From positions 1 to 64,000 of the IMG/VR virus record IMGVR_UViG_3300043781_000014: a stretch of DNA of 64,000 nt. One strand, given 5' to 3'. Below the pieces are notes generated by a model that saw only the letters and a program-made list of their open reading frames with translations, did not search any database and had not been told where the DNA came from. The position numbers and the translations under genes were made by a program. This stretch comes from an uncultured virus (IMG/VR IMGVR_UViG_3300043781_000014). Lineage: Duplodnaviria > Heunggongvirae > Uroviricota > Caudoviricetes. Shown in pieces: positions 48,727 to 58,777 of this stretch (positions are counted from its first letter, which is position 1; each line of letters begins with the position of its first letter).

Positions 48727-49206
48727 ATGCACGATTTACTGATGGCGATTGCGATTGCATTAATTCCAGTTGTAATGGGCTGGATTGGTCAACAACTGAT
48801 TAATAATCATAAGCTAGGGGAACAAGCATATAAGATTGAGAACCTAGTTAGCATGGCAGTGGTAGAAGCTGAAAAGCTTGGCTTAACAAAACAACTTACT
48901 GGTAATGAGCAATTCCAATATGCTTTTAACTTTGTCAATAGCCAGCTTAAAGCTTTAGGTATTACAGATGTTGATGAAAGCTTAATTAAAGCACAAATTG
49001 AACGGTCTTGGTTTACCCAAAAAGATCGTCTTGAACAGGCTTATGGAAGTGTGAGCCAACCTACTACACCTACTGATCCTCGACAACTAAAAAGTGCTAA
49101 TACTACGGTGGAAAAGCCAGCTCCAACAGTACCAGAACAAGGAAAAGATAATATCCAAGCAAGTCAACCAGCTACTAACCAAGTATCTGAAAATGGCGGA
49201 AAGTAG
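48727..49206 (+). CDS. holin (LL-H family-like)
   Basis: N-terminal TM, AVVEAEK..G.E.F..A...V...L...GI...IE pattern. Confidence 0.7.
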   Translation: MHDLLMAIAIALIPVVMGWIGQQLINNHKLGEQAYKIENLVSMAVVEAEKLGLTKQLTGNEQFQYAFNFVNSQLKALGITDVDESLIKAQIERSWFTQKDRLEQAYGSVSQPTTPTDPRQLKSANTTVEKPAPTVPEQGKDNIQASQPATNQVSENGGK

Positions 49207-49558
49207 AGACAATAATCAGGGTAAATCTACTATGCAGGTAGATAACGATACAATCTTTAACTTGTTAATGGAACTGAAATCCTCTAATGCGTCTATTCAA
49301 ACTGAAATTAACTCATTAAATGAGAAGATAGATCAATCTAATCGTAAGTTTGATGAGTTAAAGCAAGATTTTAATACTCGTATTGATAATGTGGAAGAGG
49401 ATTCCACTAAAGCACGGGATAAGGCACAAGAAGCCCTAGAGAAGAGTAAACAGCTAGAAAAGGATAATCAGCAGAAGAACAATACATGGACTTTGATCTG
49501 GTTACCCATTTTGATTGCCTTTATTCCAACTATTTTAGGGCACATCCACTTACAATAA
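49193..49558 (+). CDS. coiled-coil protein with C-terminal TM helix (lysis-cassette accessory)
   Basis: Heptads followed by WTLIWLPILIAFIPTILG. Confidence 0.6.
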   Translation: MAESRDNNQGKSTMQVDNDTIFNLLMELKSSNASIQTEINSLNEKIDQSNRKFDELKQDFNTRIDNVEEDSTKARDKAQEALEKSKQLEKDNQQKNNTWTLIWLPILIAFIPTILGHIHLQ

Positions 49559-49590
49559 AGGAGAGGTAAAATTATTGCCTCTCTTTTTAT

Positions 49591-49642
49591 TTTTATCTTT
49601 TTATACAAAAACAGTTGAATATTTAACTAAAAGTGTTATAGT
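49591..49642 (+). promoter_or_regulatory. early promoter with degenerate operator (copy 3)
   Basis: TTTTATCTTTTTATACAAAA-ACAGTTGAATATTTAACTAAAAGTGTTATAGT. Confidence 0.7.
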
Positions 49643-49673
49643 AGAATTATCAATAAAACGGGTTGGTGATGTA

Positions 49674-50417
49674 ATGTGTAATTATTTAAAAGGAGACTAT
49701 GTATACTTACTAGGTCAAGCTTATGATTGCTTTAATTATGTTTTACTTGAAGATGAGGCAACTGTATTTAATTACTTTGCTAAGCCTAGTAAGATCGATT
49801 TACAGATTATGAGTAGTTTTTATGAGTTAAGTATTAGACTAAAGGAAAATCCTGTTTGGCTGATGTCTAACGTATTTGATTATTATTTATATCTTAATCG
49901 AAAACGTAAGGCTATTCCGTTCATGCCTTTAGGTAATTTTAATCAAGAAATGATTCTAAAAGCTTATGATGGAAAAGATAAATACCGAAAACTAGCTAAT
50001 AAAAACTTATATGTTACCTTAGACAACCTTTACTTAAAAGCTCTTAATATGTTATTTAAAATTCCAATTAAGGAATTATATAGTGAGGAACAGACTTATC
50101 TTAAAGAAAGAGTTTTTGGCTATCGTAACACTTCTTATATCAACGTTTCAATGGAAAAGGTTAGACGATTGCTTTTAAAACGATCTAATAAAACGTGGGA
50201 TAATATGTTATTATTAGATGGTGTGGAGTATTTTGAACCAGTAATATTCTTAATTTGTAAGGAACCTCATGAAGCTCTAACCCATCATTTAGGAGTAACA
50301 GAATACAGCTATTACTATTATGGAATTAATAATGAAATAGAACTTCGAGATCCAGACGAATTAAAGTATCTATTCAATGCTTACCATTATCTTAATCAGA
50401 GAGGATTAATAATTTAA
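49674..50417 (+). CDS. hypothetical protein upstream of helicase
   Basis: ATG 49674 after GGTTGGTG; overlaps the helicase start. Confidence 0.6.
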   Translation: MCNYLKGDYVYLLGQAYDCFNYVLLEDEATVFNYFAKPSKIDLQIMSSFYELSIRLKENPVWLMSNVFDYYLYLNRKRKAIPFMPLGNFNQEMILKAYDGKDKYRKLANKNLYVTLDNLYLKALNMLFKIPIKELYSEEQTYLKERVFGYRNTSYINVSMEKVRRLLLKRSNKTWDNMLLLDGVEYFEPVIFLICKEPHEALTHHLGVTEYSYYYYGINNEIELRDPDELKYLFNAYHYLNQRGLII

Positions 50418-51880
50418 TGGAATTAGATAGCCGTCAAAAAGAAGAGCAATTATTAATAAGATCAATCCATAGCGCTCATACTGCTAAGAATGTATTGTCA
50501 CGTAATGTGGGAGTGCTAATTAAAGATCCTACTTATAAATTAATTGCTGAAACCGTAGTTCAATACTATGCAACTACAGACGAACCTTTAAGTCTAAATG
50601 CTCTTAACTTAAAAGTTGAAGAACGTCTAAAGAGACAAGCGGAGAGAAGTAACACTACTGTTCCAGACAGTGTATTAAATGGTTTGTTTCAAACTACCTC
50701 TAATCTTATTAATGCAAAAGAGGATAATAATACAGTTGTTCTTACTGAGCTGGAAAATTATGTACATACTCAATTAGGTAATCAAGCCATTATTGAAGAA
50801 GCTACTAAAGGATCCGATCATATTTCAGAGCGAGTAGAAAAGCGAATGGCTAAGATTAATGAAATCAAGCTTACTGGAACAGACTATGAAGTTATCGATA
50901 TTTTTAAAGACCTAGCCCGTAAGGAAGCTATTTATGATGAGTTTGGTAATCGTAAGCTGTCTTCTGGTCTAAAACCATTAGATGTTGTTACTGGTGGAGG
51001 GTTGGAAACAGGACAAATCGCAGTTATTAACGCTCCTTCTGGACGGGGTAAAAGTAGTTTCTTATCCAATCTTACTTATTACTATTCAATGGTTGCTCAC
51101 CATAATGTTTTACATATTACACTAGAAGAGTTAAATACCGATCAGATTTTACGTTTTGACCGGATTATTACTAATTCTGATATACATGATGTATTTACTC
51201 CCGATGGTGAAATCAGAGAAGACTATAAGGAACGAGTTCATAACTATTACAGTAAAGTAAATGAAAATCAAATGGTAGGAAACGTTTATTATGCAAAATC
51301 TACTCCATTAACATGGACCGTAGACGATGTAAGACAAGTAATTAATAAAGTAGAACGGGAAAAGCAAACTAAGATTGAAGTAGTTATCTTGGACTATGCC
51401 GACTTACTTATTAAGAAACAGTATTCTGATAATGAAGCACAAGCGGGAGAATTGCTTTACCAAGATTTAGTTCGCCTAGCTCAAGAAACAGATACTCTAA
51501 TCTTTACTGCTTCTCAGCTTAATCGTGGTTCGGGGATTGCTGAAATTAAGACCATGGAAAATGTGGAAGGTTCATATCGTAAGAAGAACACAATTGCCTT
51601 CGGTGCTACTTTGAACTCAACACCAGAGGAATATAAGAAAGGTTACATTAGACTTTATTTAGATAAGGTTCGTAATAACTTTGGTTTTGATGATAACTTT
51701 ATGTACTTACATTATGACTTAAAGTCTATGCGTCTGCACCCCGAGTCAAAAGATGAACAAGCAGATCACTTAGCTACTTTAGATGAATCAAATACAACCC
51801 ATTCACGTCCTAGTAATAAAATAGATAAAAACGCAGAATTAATTCAAACGATTAATGATGCTATTAGCCCTAATAAATAA
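50417..51880 (+). CDS. dnaB: DnaB-like replicative helicase
   Basis: APSGRGKS Walker A, ITLEE, ILDYADL, TASQLNR, DKVRN. Confidence 0.9.
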   Translation: MELDSRQKEEQLLIRSIHSAHTAKNVLSRNVGVLIKDPTYKLIAETVVQYYATTDEPLSLNALNLKVEERLKRQAERSNTTVPDSVLNGLFQTTSNLINAKEDNNTVVLTELENYVHTQLGNQAIIEEATKGSDHISERVEKRMAKINEIKLTGTDYEVIDIFKDLARKEAIYDEFGNRKLSSGLKPLDVVTGGGLETGQIAVINAPSGRGKSSFLSNLTYYYSMVAHHNVLHITLEELNTDQILRFDRIITNSDIHDVFTPDGEIREDYKERVHNYYSKVNENQMVGNVYYAKSTPLTWTVDDVRQVINKVEREKQTKIEVVILDYADLLIKKQYSDNEAQAGELLYQDLVRLAQETDTLIFTASQLNRGSGIAEIKTMENVEGSYRKKNTIAFGATLNSTPEEYKKGYIRLYLDKVRNNFGFDDNFMYLHYDLKSMRLHPESKDEQADHLATLDESNTTHSRPSNKIDKNAELIQTINDAISPNK

Positions 51881-51898
51881 ATAAAAGGAAGTATAATA

Positions 51899-53791
51899 AT
51901 GAGGATAAAAACAATTGAAGCTCAAAATTTTCGTAGTTTTAGCCACTTTAAGCTCGAACTAAATGATCTAGGATTAACTCTGCTTAATGGTCAAAACACT
52001 GGTATTGATAGTGAGAGGACAAATGGATCTGGAAAAAGTTCGATTATCTATGCGATGATTTATGCTCTTTATGGTGAAACTCCAGACGGTGCTAAAAGTG
52101 ATGAAGTGATTAAGAATGACGTAGGTAAGAATTGTTTTGCTAAAGTAGTATTTACCCATTTTGGTCATGAATATGAGATTACTCGTTACCGTAAGGATAA
52201 AGAATTTAAGAATAAGGTAATCATGTATCGAGACGGTAAAGACGTTACTCTATCGACTAATAAGGAAACGGATAAGGAGATTGTAGCTACTTTAGGTTTT
52301 GGCTTTGATACTTTACTTAACTCTGTTATTTTTAGTCCTGAAAAGCTTAATACATTCATTAGTGCTACAGATAAGCACCGTAAGGAGATTTTAGAAGAAC
52401 TTACTAATACTAATATTTATAAGCAAGCGTTACAGTTGGTTAAAGAAGATAGCAAAGAATCTTCTAGCAAGCTCGTAGAGGACAAAAAAGAACTAGAACG
52501 ACTAGATACATTAATGGATAGCCAAACAGCCTTACAACGTCAGTATGAGCAATCTGTAGCTATGCAAAAGCAACGGGCTGATAATCTTGAAAATCAAATT
52601 AGTTTAAGAAAAGCTAAGCTAGATTCGCTTAACTACAATCCAACAATTCATGAGTCTGTTAAAACAGAATATAATACTTATCAACAACAGGTATCAGCTT
52701 TTAACTTTACACATAGTAATGGATATGCTAATAAGCTCCAAACTGCACAGGCTCAACAAAAGAATATTGAATTACAGCAGGAAAATATTAAGAAACAGCT
52801 TACTGACTTATCTGCTCAATACAAGCAATTGCAAAACTCAGAGAATGCAGTATGTAATTGGTGTGGAAATGTATTAGATGCAGAACATAAGCAATTAGAG
52901 CTAAACAATATGAATAAGAAAGCTAATGAGCTTATGACCTCGTATAAGGCTCTCTCACCTCGTCTAAGCACTCTTAACCAAGACGTGGATAATTATGCTA
53001 AACTTGCTAGAGAAGAGCAGGAACAGGCTTCTAAGCAACAGGAACAGTACCGTAAGCTAACCAATGCTCTTAATGTGGCTCAACAAAAGCTTAATAAGCA
53101 AGAAAATCTAGTAACTGAAATTAATCGTCTTAATAATGACATCAACCAGCTAAAGGCTGAACTAGGACAAGCACGGACACCGATTGAGAAGCCAAAGCAA
53201 TTAGATACTGCTGGAATTGAAAAACAGATTAAGGAAACAGAAGTAGACCTATACAAGCAACAATCAGCCCAAGAGGATTTTGAAAAGCTTACTAAGGTTT
53301 ATTCAGATCGAGGTGTTAAAGCTCAAGCCTTATCTTTAGTTATTCCTTATCTTAACGATCAATTAGAAAAGATCTTAAAAGTATTGACTAATAATACAAT
53401 GACCGTAGCTCTTAATAATAAGACTACTACTAAGTCTGGTAAGGTTAATGAACAAATTAGCCTAGACGTTGACTCTAGTGTTTCTGGTAGTAATTATCAA
53501 GATCTATCTTCTGGTGAAAAGCGCCGAATTGGGATCGCTCTTAACCTTGCTTTTATGAACTATCTTAAATCACAAATTGGTGGACTTAATTTAGTGGTAT
53601 TTGATGAGGTGTTTGATTCATTAGATAAGGCGGGGATTGATAGCGTTATTAATGTATTAAGTGACTTAAAGCAAAGCGTAGGTAATATTATTATTGTTTC
53701 TCATAATGATGATATGAAGTTTAATGATAATATTGATAATCAATTATTAGTTAAAAAGGTTGACAACACTTCGAAACTAGTTAATAATTAA
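51899..53791 (+). CDS. sbcC: SbcC/Rad50/gp46-like recombination ATPase
   Basis: NFRSF, NGSGKSS, CNWC Zn hook, LSSGE, FDEVFDSLD, IVSH. Confidence 0.9.
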   Translation: MRIKTIEAQNFRSFSHFKLELNDLGLTLLNGQNTGIDSERTNGSGKSSIIYAMIYALYGETPDGAKSDEVIKNDVGKNCFAKVVFTHFGHEYEITRYRKDKEFKNKVIMYRDGKDVTLSTNKETDKEIVATLGFGFDTLLNSVIFSPEKLNTFISATDKHRKEILEELTNTNIYKQALQLVKEDSKESSSKLVEDKKELERLDTLMDSQTALQRQYEQSVAMQKQRADNLENQISLRKAKLDSLNYNPTIHESVKTEYNTYQQQVSAFNFTHSNGYANKLQTAQAQQKNIELQQENIKKQLTDLSAQYKQLQNSENAVCNWCGNVLDAEHKQLELNNMNKKANELMTSYKALSPRLSTLNQDVDNYAKLAREEQEQASKQQEQYRKLTNALNVAQQKLNKQENLVTEINRLNNDINQLKAELGQARTPIEKPKQLDTAGIEKQIKETEVDLYKQQSAQEDFEKLTKVYSDRGVKAQALSLVIPYLNDQLEKILKVLTNNTMTVALNNKTTTKSGKVNEQISLDVDSSVSGSNYQDLSSGEKRRIGIALNLAFMNYLKSQIGGLNLVVFDEVFDSLDKAGIDSVINVLSDLKQSVGNIIIVSHNDDMKFNDNIDNQLLVKKVDNTSKLVNN

Positions 53792-53874
53792 TCTTTTAAA
53801 GGTTACTTGACCTCTTGTATCGAATGGGTTTAAAATAGACCTATACTTTGATATAAGGGGTTTTTAGTTTATTA

Positions 53875-54498
53875 ATGCTCGATTTAGTAAATACTAATGG
53901 TCTTAAAATTAAGGCTACTAAAAAAGACGGACGGATTTATATTGTTGCAAAGTGCCAATCAAGCCAAGGCAATCTTGAGGTTGCCTATATTCCTGCTGAA
54001 TATGGTATGTATTGGTATCCGTTGTCTTTTTATTTTGATTATTATTATGTATCGATGTTCCATAATATTATGTTAAAGGTTGATCCAATTGCACCTAAGG
54101 ATATTCAAGAGCGGTTTAAGGATAATCACCATTTCTTACATAATTATTATGAATATAAAAAAGACGAACTCGGTACAGATAAATCTATGTATATGTTTAA
54201 CCTAGGAATTACTACTAAGCTAAAGTCAATAGGTCTAAAGACTTGGGATGGTTTCTATACTTTACAAGACGTACAAAGAAATTACTTATTATTAAGCCAA
54301 ACTTTAGACAATATTGAACAAAAGATTATTAAACGAGAACATGACGAGGGAGTTAACCCAAACGCCCTTGAGTCCAACCCAACAAAGTTTGCAACCAAAG
54401 AAGAAATGACAATGTTAAGTGATCTTGGAATGGGATTTAGAATGAATCAATATATGCGAAAAGTTGCTAAAATTATATATGAGGATAATGTGAGATAG
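53875..54498 (+). CDS. conserved hypothetical protein between SbcC and primase
   Basis: 207-aa ORF in the syntenic position. Confidence 0.6.
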   Translation: MLDLVNTNGLKIKATKKDGRIYIVAKCQSSQGNLEVAYIPAEYGMYWYPLSFYFDYYYVSMFHNIMLKVDPIAPKDIQERFKDNHHFLHNYYEYKKDELGTDKSMYMFNLGITTKLKSIGLKTWDGFYTLQDVQRNYLLLSQTLDNIEQKIIKREHDEGVNPNALESNPTKFATKEEMTMLSDLGMGFRMNQYMRKVAKIIYEDNVR

Positions 54499-54506
54499 GT
54501 GAAATT

Positions 54507-55547
54507 ATGACTCGGGAACAACAAATTATTGTTAATTGTGTTAATGAGGATTATCAAGAAACAGCTACGGGTGAAGTTCATTTAGATTGTCCTTTCTGTG
54601 GAGAGCATGATAAAAAGCTCTATATCTCTCCTAAAGGTCAATTTATCTGTTTTAAGTGTGAGTCTCGTGGTAACAGCCCAATCAGCTTTTTTATGCAATA
54701 TTATGATGTTTCCTATAAAGAAGCTAGTGATATGTTAAAAGATGAAGACTTTGCTATTCCTAAAGTAGAGCCGGTTGATAATGAAACACTTTTAAGTCGC
54801 TTAGTTGCTCTTAACACTAAAGTAGAAAAGCAAAAACAAGCAGGAAAAAAGTGTCCCCCCTTTCCTACTAATACTAAGCTATTAAGGGATAATCTTAATA
54901 ATCCCGAGTCTTATCCCTATTTATGGTATCTTAAAAATCGTGGAATTACCTTACAACAAATATATAAATATAATCTGGGCTATCTTACCTCTGGTACTAT
55001 TAAAACCCAAGATAAAGATATGACAATTAGTAATAGTATTATCTTTCCTACTTATGGTCTTAATAATGATGTTATTTATTGGAGTACTAGAAGTATTGAA
55101 CCTAATCCATTTATTAAATCTTTTAATGCACTGGCTAAGGACAATGAATACTCTAGGAAAGATGTTGTTTTTAACCTTAATCATGTAAAAGACAAAATGG
55201 TTATCTGCGAAGGTATTTTTAATGCAATTAGTTCGACTGTAGCGGATTATGTAGGGGTTGCTACTTTAGGTAAGGCAATTACAGATAATCAGATTAATCT
55301 CATGCTTAAAGCTAACCCTAAGTACTTTTATGTATTTTTAGATAATGACGCTATGAAAGAAGAAATTAAGTTAATAGATCGACTAAAGCAAAGAATTAGC
55401 CTAGACCGGATATATTTAGTTGTAAATCCCTATAAAGATAAAGATGCTAATGATTTAGGTAGTACAATAGTTAAAGAATTGTTAGACAAGGCTCAACCTG
55501 TTAATCTACAATCATTACTGTATCTAGTAAGAGGTGATAAAAAGTGA
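54507..55547 (+). CDS. DNA primase (Zn finger + TOPRIM)
   Basis: CPFC..CFKC, YLKNRG, ICEGIFNA, LDND, KDAND. Confidence 0.9.
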   Translation: MTREQQIIVNCVNEDYQETATGEVHLDCPFCGEHDKKLYISPKGQFICFKCESRGNSPISFFMQYYDVSYKEASDMLKDEDFAIPKVEPVDNETLLSRLVALNTKVEKQKQAGKKCPPFPTNTKLLRDNLNNPESYPYLWYLKNRGITLQQIYKYNLGYLTSGTIKTQDKDMTISNSIIFPTYGLNNDVIYWSTRSIEPNPFIKSFNALAKDNEYSRKDVVFNLNHVKDKMVICEGIFNAISSTVADYVGVATLGKAITDNQINLMLKANPKYFYVFLDNDAMKEEIKLIDRLKQRISLDRIYLVVNPYKDKDANDLGSTIVKELLDKAQPVNLQSLLYLVRGDKK

Positions 55548-55894
55548 AAAGAGACTTACCAGATGTAAGAAACTTAAGTACACTAAGTTTTCAAGATTAT
55601 ATCCGGTTAATGGAATTAGTTAAACAAGATGGTAAGCTACCAACAGAAACGGTTACTCAGCATAATAATGACCCTGTTTCCTATAAGGAAGCCTATGAAG
55701 CATTAAAAGATTTAGCTAATAAAGTAACGGGTGAAGCCCAGCAAGCTAATAACTATACTGCGGACTTGTTTTCTAGTCTAGCTACTTTATTAGTTAAAAA
55801 ACATATTATTAGTGAAAAAGAATTAAATGAAGTAAGCAGAATTGCTCAACAAATTTGGGAGGAAGAAAATAATGGTAAAATCAGCTCTAAGTAA
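55544..55894 (+). CDS. hypothetical protein
   Basis: GTGA overlap, GAGGTG RBS. Confidence 0.65.
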   Translation: MKRDLPDVRNLSTLSFQDYIRLMELVKQDGKLPTETVTQHNNDPVSYKEAYEALKDLANKVTGEAQQANNYTADLFSSLATLLVKKHIISEKELNEVSRIAQQIWEEENNGKISSK

Positions 55895-56252
55895 AGTACA
55901 AATTTTAAATGCAATTAAGGTTCATAAACAACTACCAATGCCAATGACTAAGTTAGAACAGACTAGTGCTGAAACCTTGCTCAAGAAGCGCTTAACAATG
56001 GAAGAAGTATTAGATGTAATTGATCTTGTTAATTCACCACTTAGTCAACAATTATCTGCAATTAATCAACGGGCTAGTTTAACTGCAATTGCGTTAGATA
56101 AGTCAATGCAAAAGAATGGCTTAGATGAAAAGACAATTGATAAGATCTGGGCGGATGCTCATAAGGAATTGGATAAGGCTAACCGTAAAGCTAGTGAAAA
56201 GATGCAGGAATCATTCAAGCAACAAGTAGCAGACTTAAAGGAAGGTAAGTAA
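55872..56252 (+). CDS. hypothetical protein
   Basis: ATG 55872 after GGAGG. Confidence 0.65.
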   Translation: MVKSALSKVQILNAIKVHKQLPMPMTKLEQTSAETLLKKRLTMEEVLDVIDLVNSPLSQQLSAINQRASLTAIALDKSMQKNGLDEKTIDKIWADAHKELDKANRKASEKMQESFKQQVADLKEGK

Positions 56253-56941
56253 TGAGTGTAGCAGACCTTAAAAAGGCTTTAGGTGAAGTTGGCTTTACTC
56301 AATTAAAGAAAGCTGTTAATACTGGGAACGTAACTGTATATACAGTAAAGACTTTAAATAAAGAATTTGGCTTAGCTCCTTTAGCTGGAATTTCAGAAAG
56401 TGACGTAGCAGATAATCAAGCTGAATTAGTTAACGTTTTTGAAGAATCTTTTGTTAATATTCAAGATCAGAAGATTAGTGTTGTTATGTATGATAAGGAA
56501 TTAAATTCAGCCCTATTTAAGAGTGTAGTTCGTTCTTATGTACTAAGTCTTGAGGGACTAGAAAGTGTAAGCAATAACTTAAAAGATGAAATTGATTATG
56601 ACTCTTACATGGCTAAATTAGTAAAAGAGGACAAATTAGGTATTTTAGTTGTTAAAGACGAAGACGAGGATCATCTTTATATGTTTAAGAAAGAACCAGC
56701 TTTAATTAAATTAAAGGTTATTAAGCAATTAAGAGACCTAGCAGAGTCCGAAGATATTGATACGAATAAGGATAAGCAAGACCAATTTATGAAGTTAAAT
56801 AAACTAGCTAAAAAGTCCTATAAGGAAAACAAGACTTACATTAGTCATCTTGATCCACTTATTACCCAACGGGCAATCTATGATCCAGACGTAAGAGAAA
56901 AAGTAAAACTATTTAATAACTTAAAAATGATGTATGATTAA
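56252..56941 (+). CDS. hypothetical protein
   Basis: TAATG overlap. Confidence 0.65.
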   Translation: MSVADLKKALGEVGFTQLKKAVNTGNVTVYTVKTLNKEFGLAPLAGISESDVADNQAELVNVFEESFVNIQDQKISVVMYDKELNSALFKSVVRSYVLSLEGLESVSNNLKDEIDYDSYMAKLVKEDKLGILVVKDEDEDHLYMFKKEPALIKLKVIKQLRDLAESEDIDTNKDKQDQFMKLNKLAKKSYKENKTYISHLDPLITQRAIYDPDVREKVKLFNNLKMMYD

Positions 56942-58010
56942 TATGATTAAACAAAACTATAAAGAGAAATTTTGCGATACAAATAAAGTGAAACCTAAAA
57001 GAACGTATAATGTACTAGAGCTTTTTGCAGGAGCTGGTGGGCTAGCCTTAGGACTAGAAGAAGCTGGTTTTAAAGATGTTGGGCTTGTAGAAATAGATAA
57101 AAATGCAGTAGCAACTTTAAAACGAAATAGACCAAATTGGAATGTTATCAAAGGAGATATTACAAAAATAACAGATGATCCAGAAGGTATTAGAAAATAT
57201 ATACCTAAGGACACTGAGATCGATCTGCTTAGTGGTGGTTATCCATGCCAAGCATTTTCTTATGCTGGAAAGAGAAAAGGTCTCGAAGATACTCGAGGAA
57301 CATTATTTTATAATTATGCTCAAATATTAAAGCAAACGATGCCAAAAATGTTTCTTGTAGAAAATGTTAAAGGTTTAACCACGCACGATCATGGAAGAAC
57401 GCTTAAAACAATGATCAATGTATTCGAAGAAATCGGTTATCATACCCAATATAAGGTATTAAATGCGTGGGACTATGGAGTTGCAGAAAAAAGACAACGT
57501 ATGATTCTAATTGGTATTAGGAATGATTTAAACATTAAATATATGTATCCTAAGCCTCACACCTACAAACCAGTGCTAAAAGACGTACTAGTGAATGTTC
57601 CTGATAGTCCGGGTGTAAAATACTCTAAGAAAAAGTATAATGTATTAAAACTTGTTCCAGCTGGAGGATATTGGCGGGATTTACCAGAAGAAATCGCTAA
57701 AGACTATATGGGAGCAAGCTGGAATTCTGGTGGTGGACGGACAGGTATGGCAAGAAGATTAAGTTGGGACGAACCAAGCCTTACTCTTACTACGTCACCA
57801 TCTCAAAAGCAAACGGAGCGATGCCATCCAGATGAGACAAGACCTTTCACAACTAGAGAGTACGCACGTATTCAGAGTTTTCCAGATGAATGGAAATTTG
57901 AAGGCGGTGTAGGTTCAGTGTATAAACAGATTGGAAATGCTGTAGCCGTTAATTTTGCTAAAGAGATAGGATTATCTATAATTGATTCCTTAAATCAGAT
58001 AGAAAAGTAG
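56934..58010 (+). CDS. dcm: C5-cytosine DNA methyltransferase, target-recognition region resembling GGNCC-type enzymes (M.Sau96I/M.Eco47II-like)
   Basis: FAGAGG, GGYPCQ, ENVKG, R.R, YKQIGNAV; GGYWRDLP..SPSQKQTERCHP. Specificity is inferred. Confidence 0.9.
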   Translation: MINMIKQNYKEKFCDTNKVKPKRTYNVLELFAGAGGLALGLEEAGFKDVGLVEIDKNAVATLKRNRPNWNVIKGDITKITDDPEGIRKYIPKDTEIDLLSGGYPCQAFSYAGKRKGLEDTRGTLFYNYAQILKQTMPKMFLVENVKGLTTHDHGRTLKTMINVFEEIGYHTQYKVLNAWDYGVAEKRQRMILIGIRNDLNIKYMYPKPHTYKPVLKDVLVNVPDSPGVKYSKKKYNVLKLVPAGGYWRDLPEEIAKDYMGASWNSGGGRTGMARRLSWDEPSLTLTTSPSQKQTERCHPDETRPFTTREYARIQSFPDEWKFEGGVGSVYKQIGNAVAVNFAKEIGLSIIDSLNQIEK

Positions 58011-58127
58011 CTAGATACTCTCTACAAGAATTAGGCTTAGTCAAATGATTAATACTAATTAGGCTAACAATTATGTTAGTCTTTTTTATTAATAAACAAA
58101 ACTATATTATAAACAAGGTGATAATAA

Positions 58128-58772
58128 ATGGATGGGAATAGTATCGTAAAAAAAGGCAAGAATTTTGAAAGAAAGATAGCCAAGGAGTTTTCATTACACT
58201 ATAAGACTAATGTAAGCCGTACTGCTTATTCTGGGGCAACAAGAGGAATTGAAACTCAGTACAATCATTCTGATCAAACAGGTAATATGGGATTTGTTGG
58301 TGATTTATTCTTTCCGGCAGATCACCCAATGAGTATCTTTAATTATGAACTAAAGAATCATGACTCTGTTAAGTTTACTCAATTCTTTAATTCTAATGGT
58401 GAAATTCCTAGTTTTATGGAACAGGTAACTACAGACTCTAGCAGATTAGGTGGAGTTGGTCATACAGTACCATGTTTAATTATCCATATTAAGCGAGAAA
58501 ATGACTATGCCCTATTCCCTTTTAAAGCAAGCGTATATCAAGTTTTAGCTAAAGACCATGACAATGTATTGGCTACGATGATAAGCTATACACAAGAGCG
58601 TACAGAGGAAATTAACAGGTATAATATGATTGTTACCACTTTAGATAACTTTATGGAGCTAGACCCAGATTTTATGTATCAACAATATAAGGACTTTAAT
58701 TGGGATAGCCTAAATACTCATGAGGTAAAGCATAAAGAAGTGGACTTAAATAAATTAATTGACGAGGTTTAA
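58128..58772 (+). CDS. Holliday junction resolvase (PD-(D/E)XK)
   Basis: KGKNFERKIA, R...SGA, GDL, YELKN. Confidence 0.8.
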   Translation: MDGNSIVKKGKNFERKIAKEFSLHYKTNVSRTAYSGATRGIETQYNHSDQTGNMGFVGDLFFPADHPMSIFNYELKNHDSVKFTQFFNSNGEIPSFMEQVTTDSSRLGGVGHTVPCLIIHIKRENDYALFPFKASVYQVLAKDHDNVLATMISYTQERTEEINRYNMIVTTLDNFMELDPDFMYQQYKDFNWDSLNTHEVKHKEVDLNKLIDEV

Positions 58773-58777
58773 TTAAA

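Noticed and set aside
50417..55547. Inteins or introns in helicase, SbcC or primase
   Set aside because: Lengths are normal, motifs are contiguous, and no intein splice motifs were seen.
57296..57307. 12-nt antisense match (AGGAACATTATT) between the putative guide and the C5-MTase gene
   Set aside because: Short and AT-rich, mismatched at the scaffold-proximal end, with no evident TAM. Compatible with chance.
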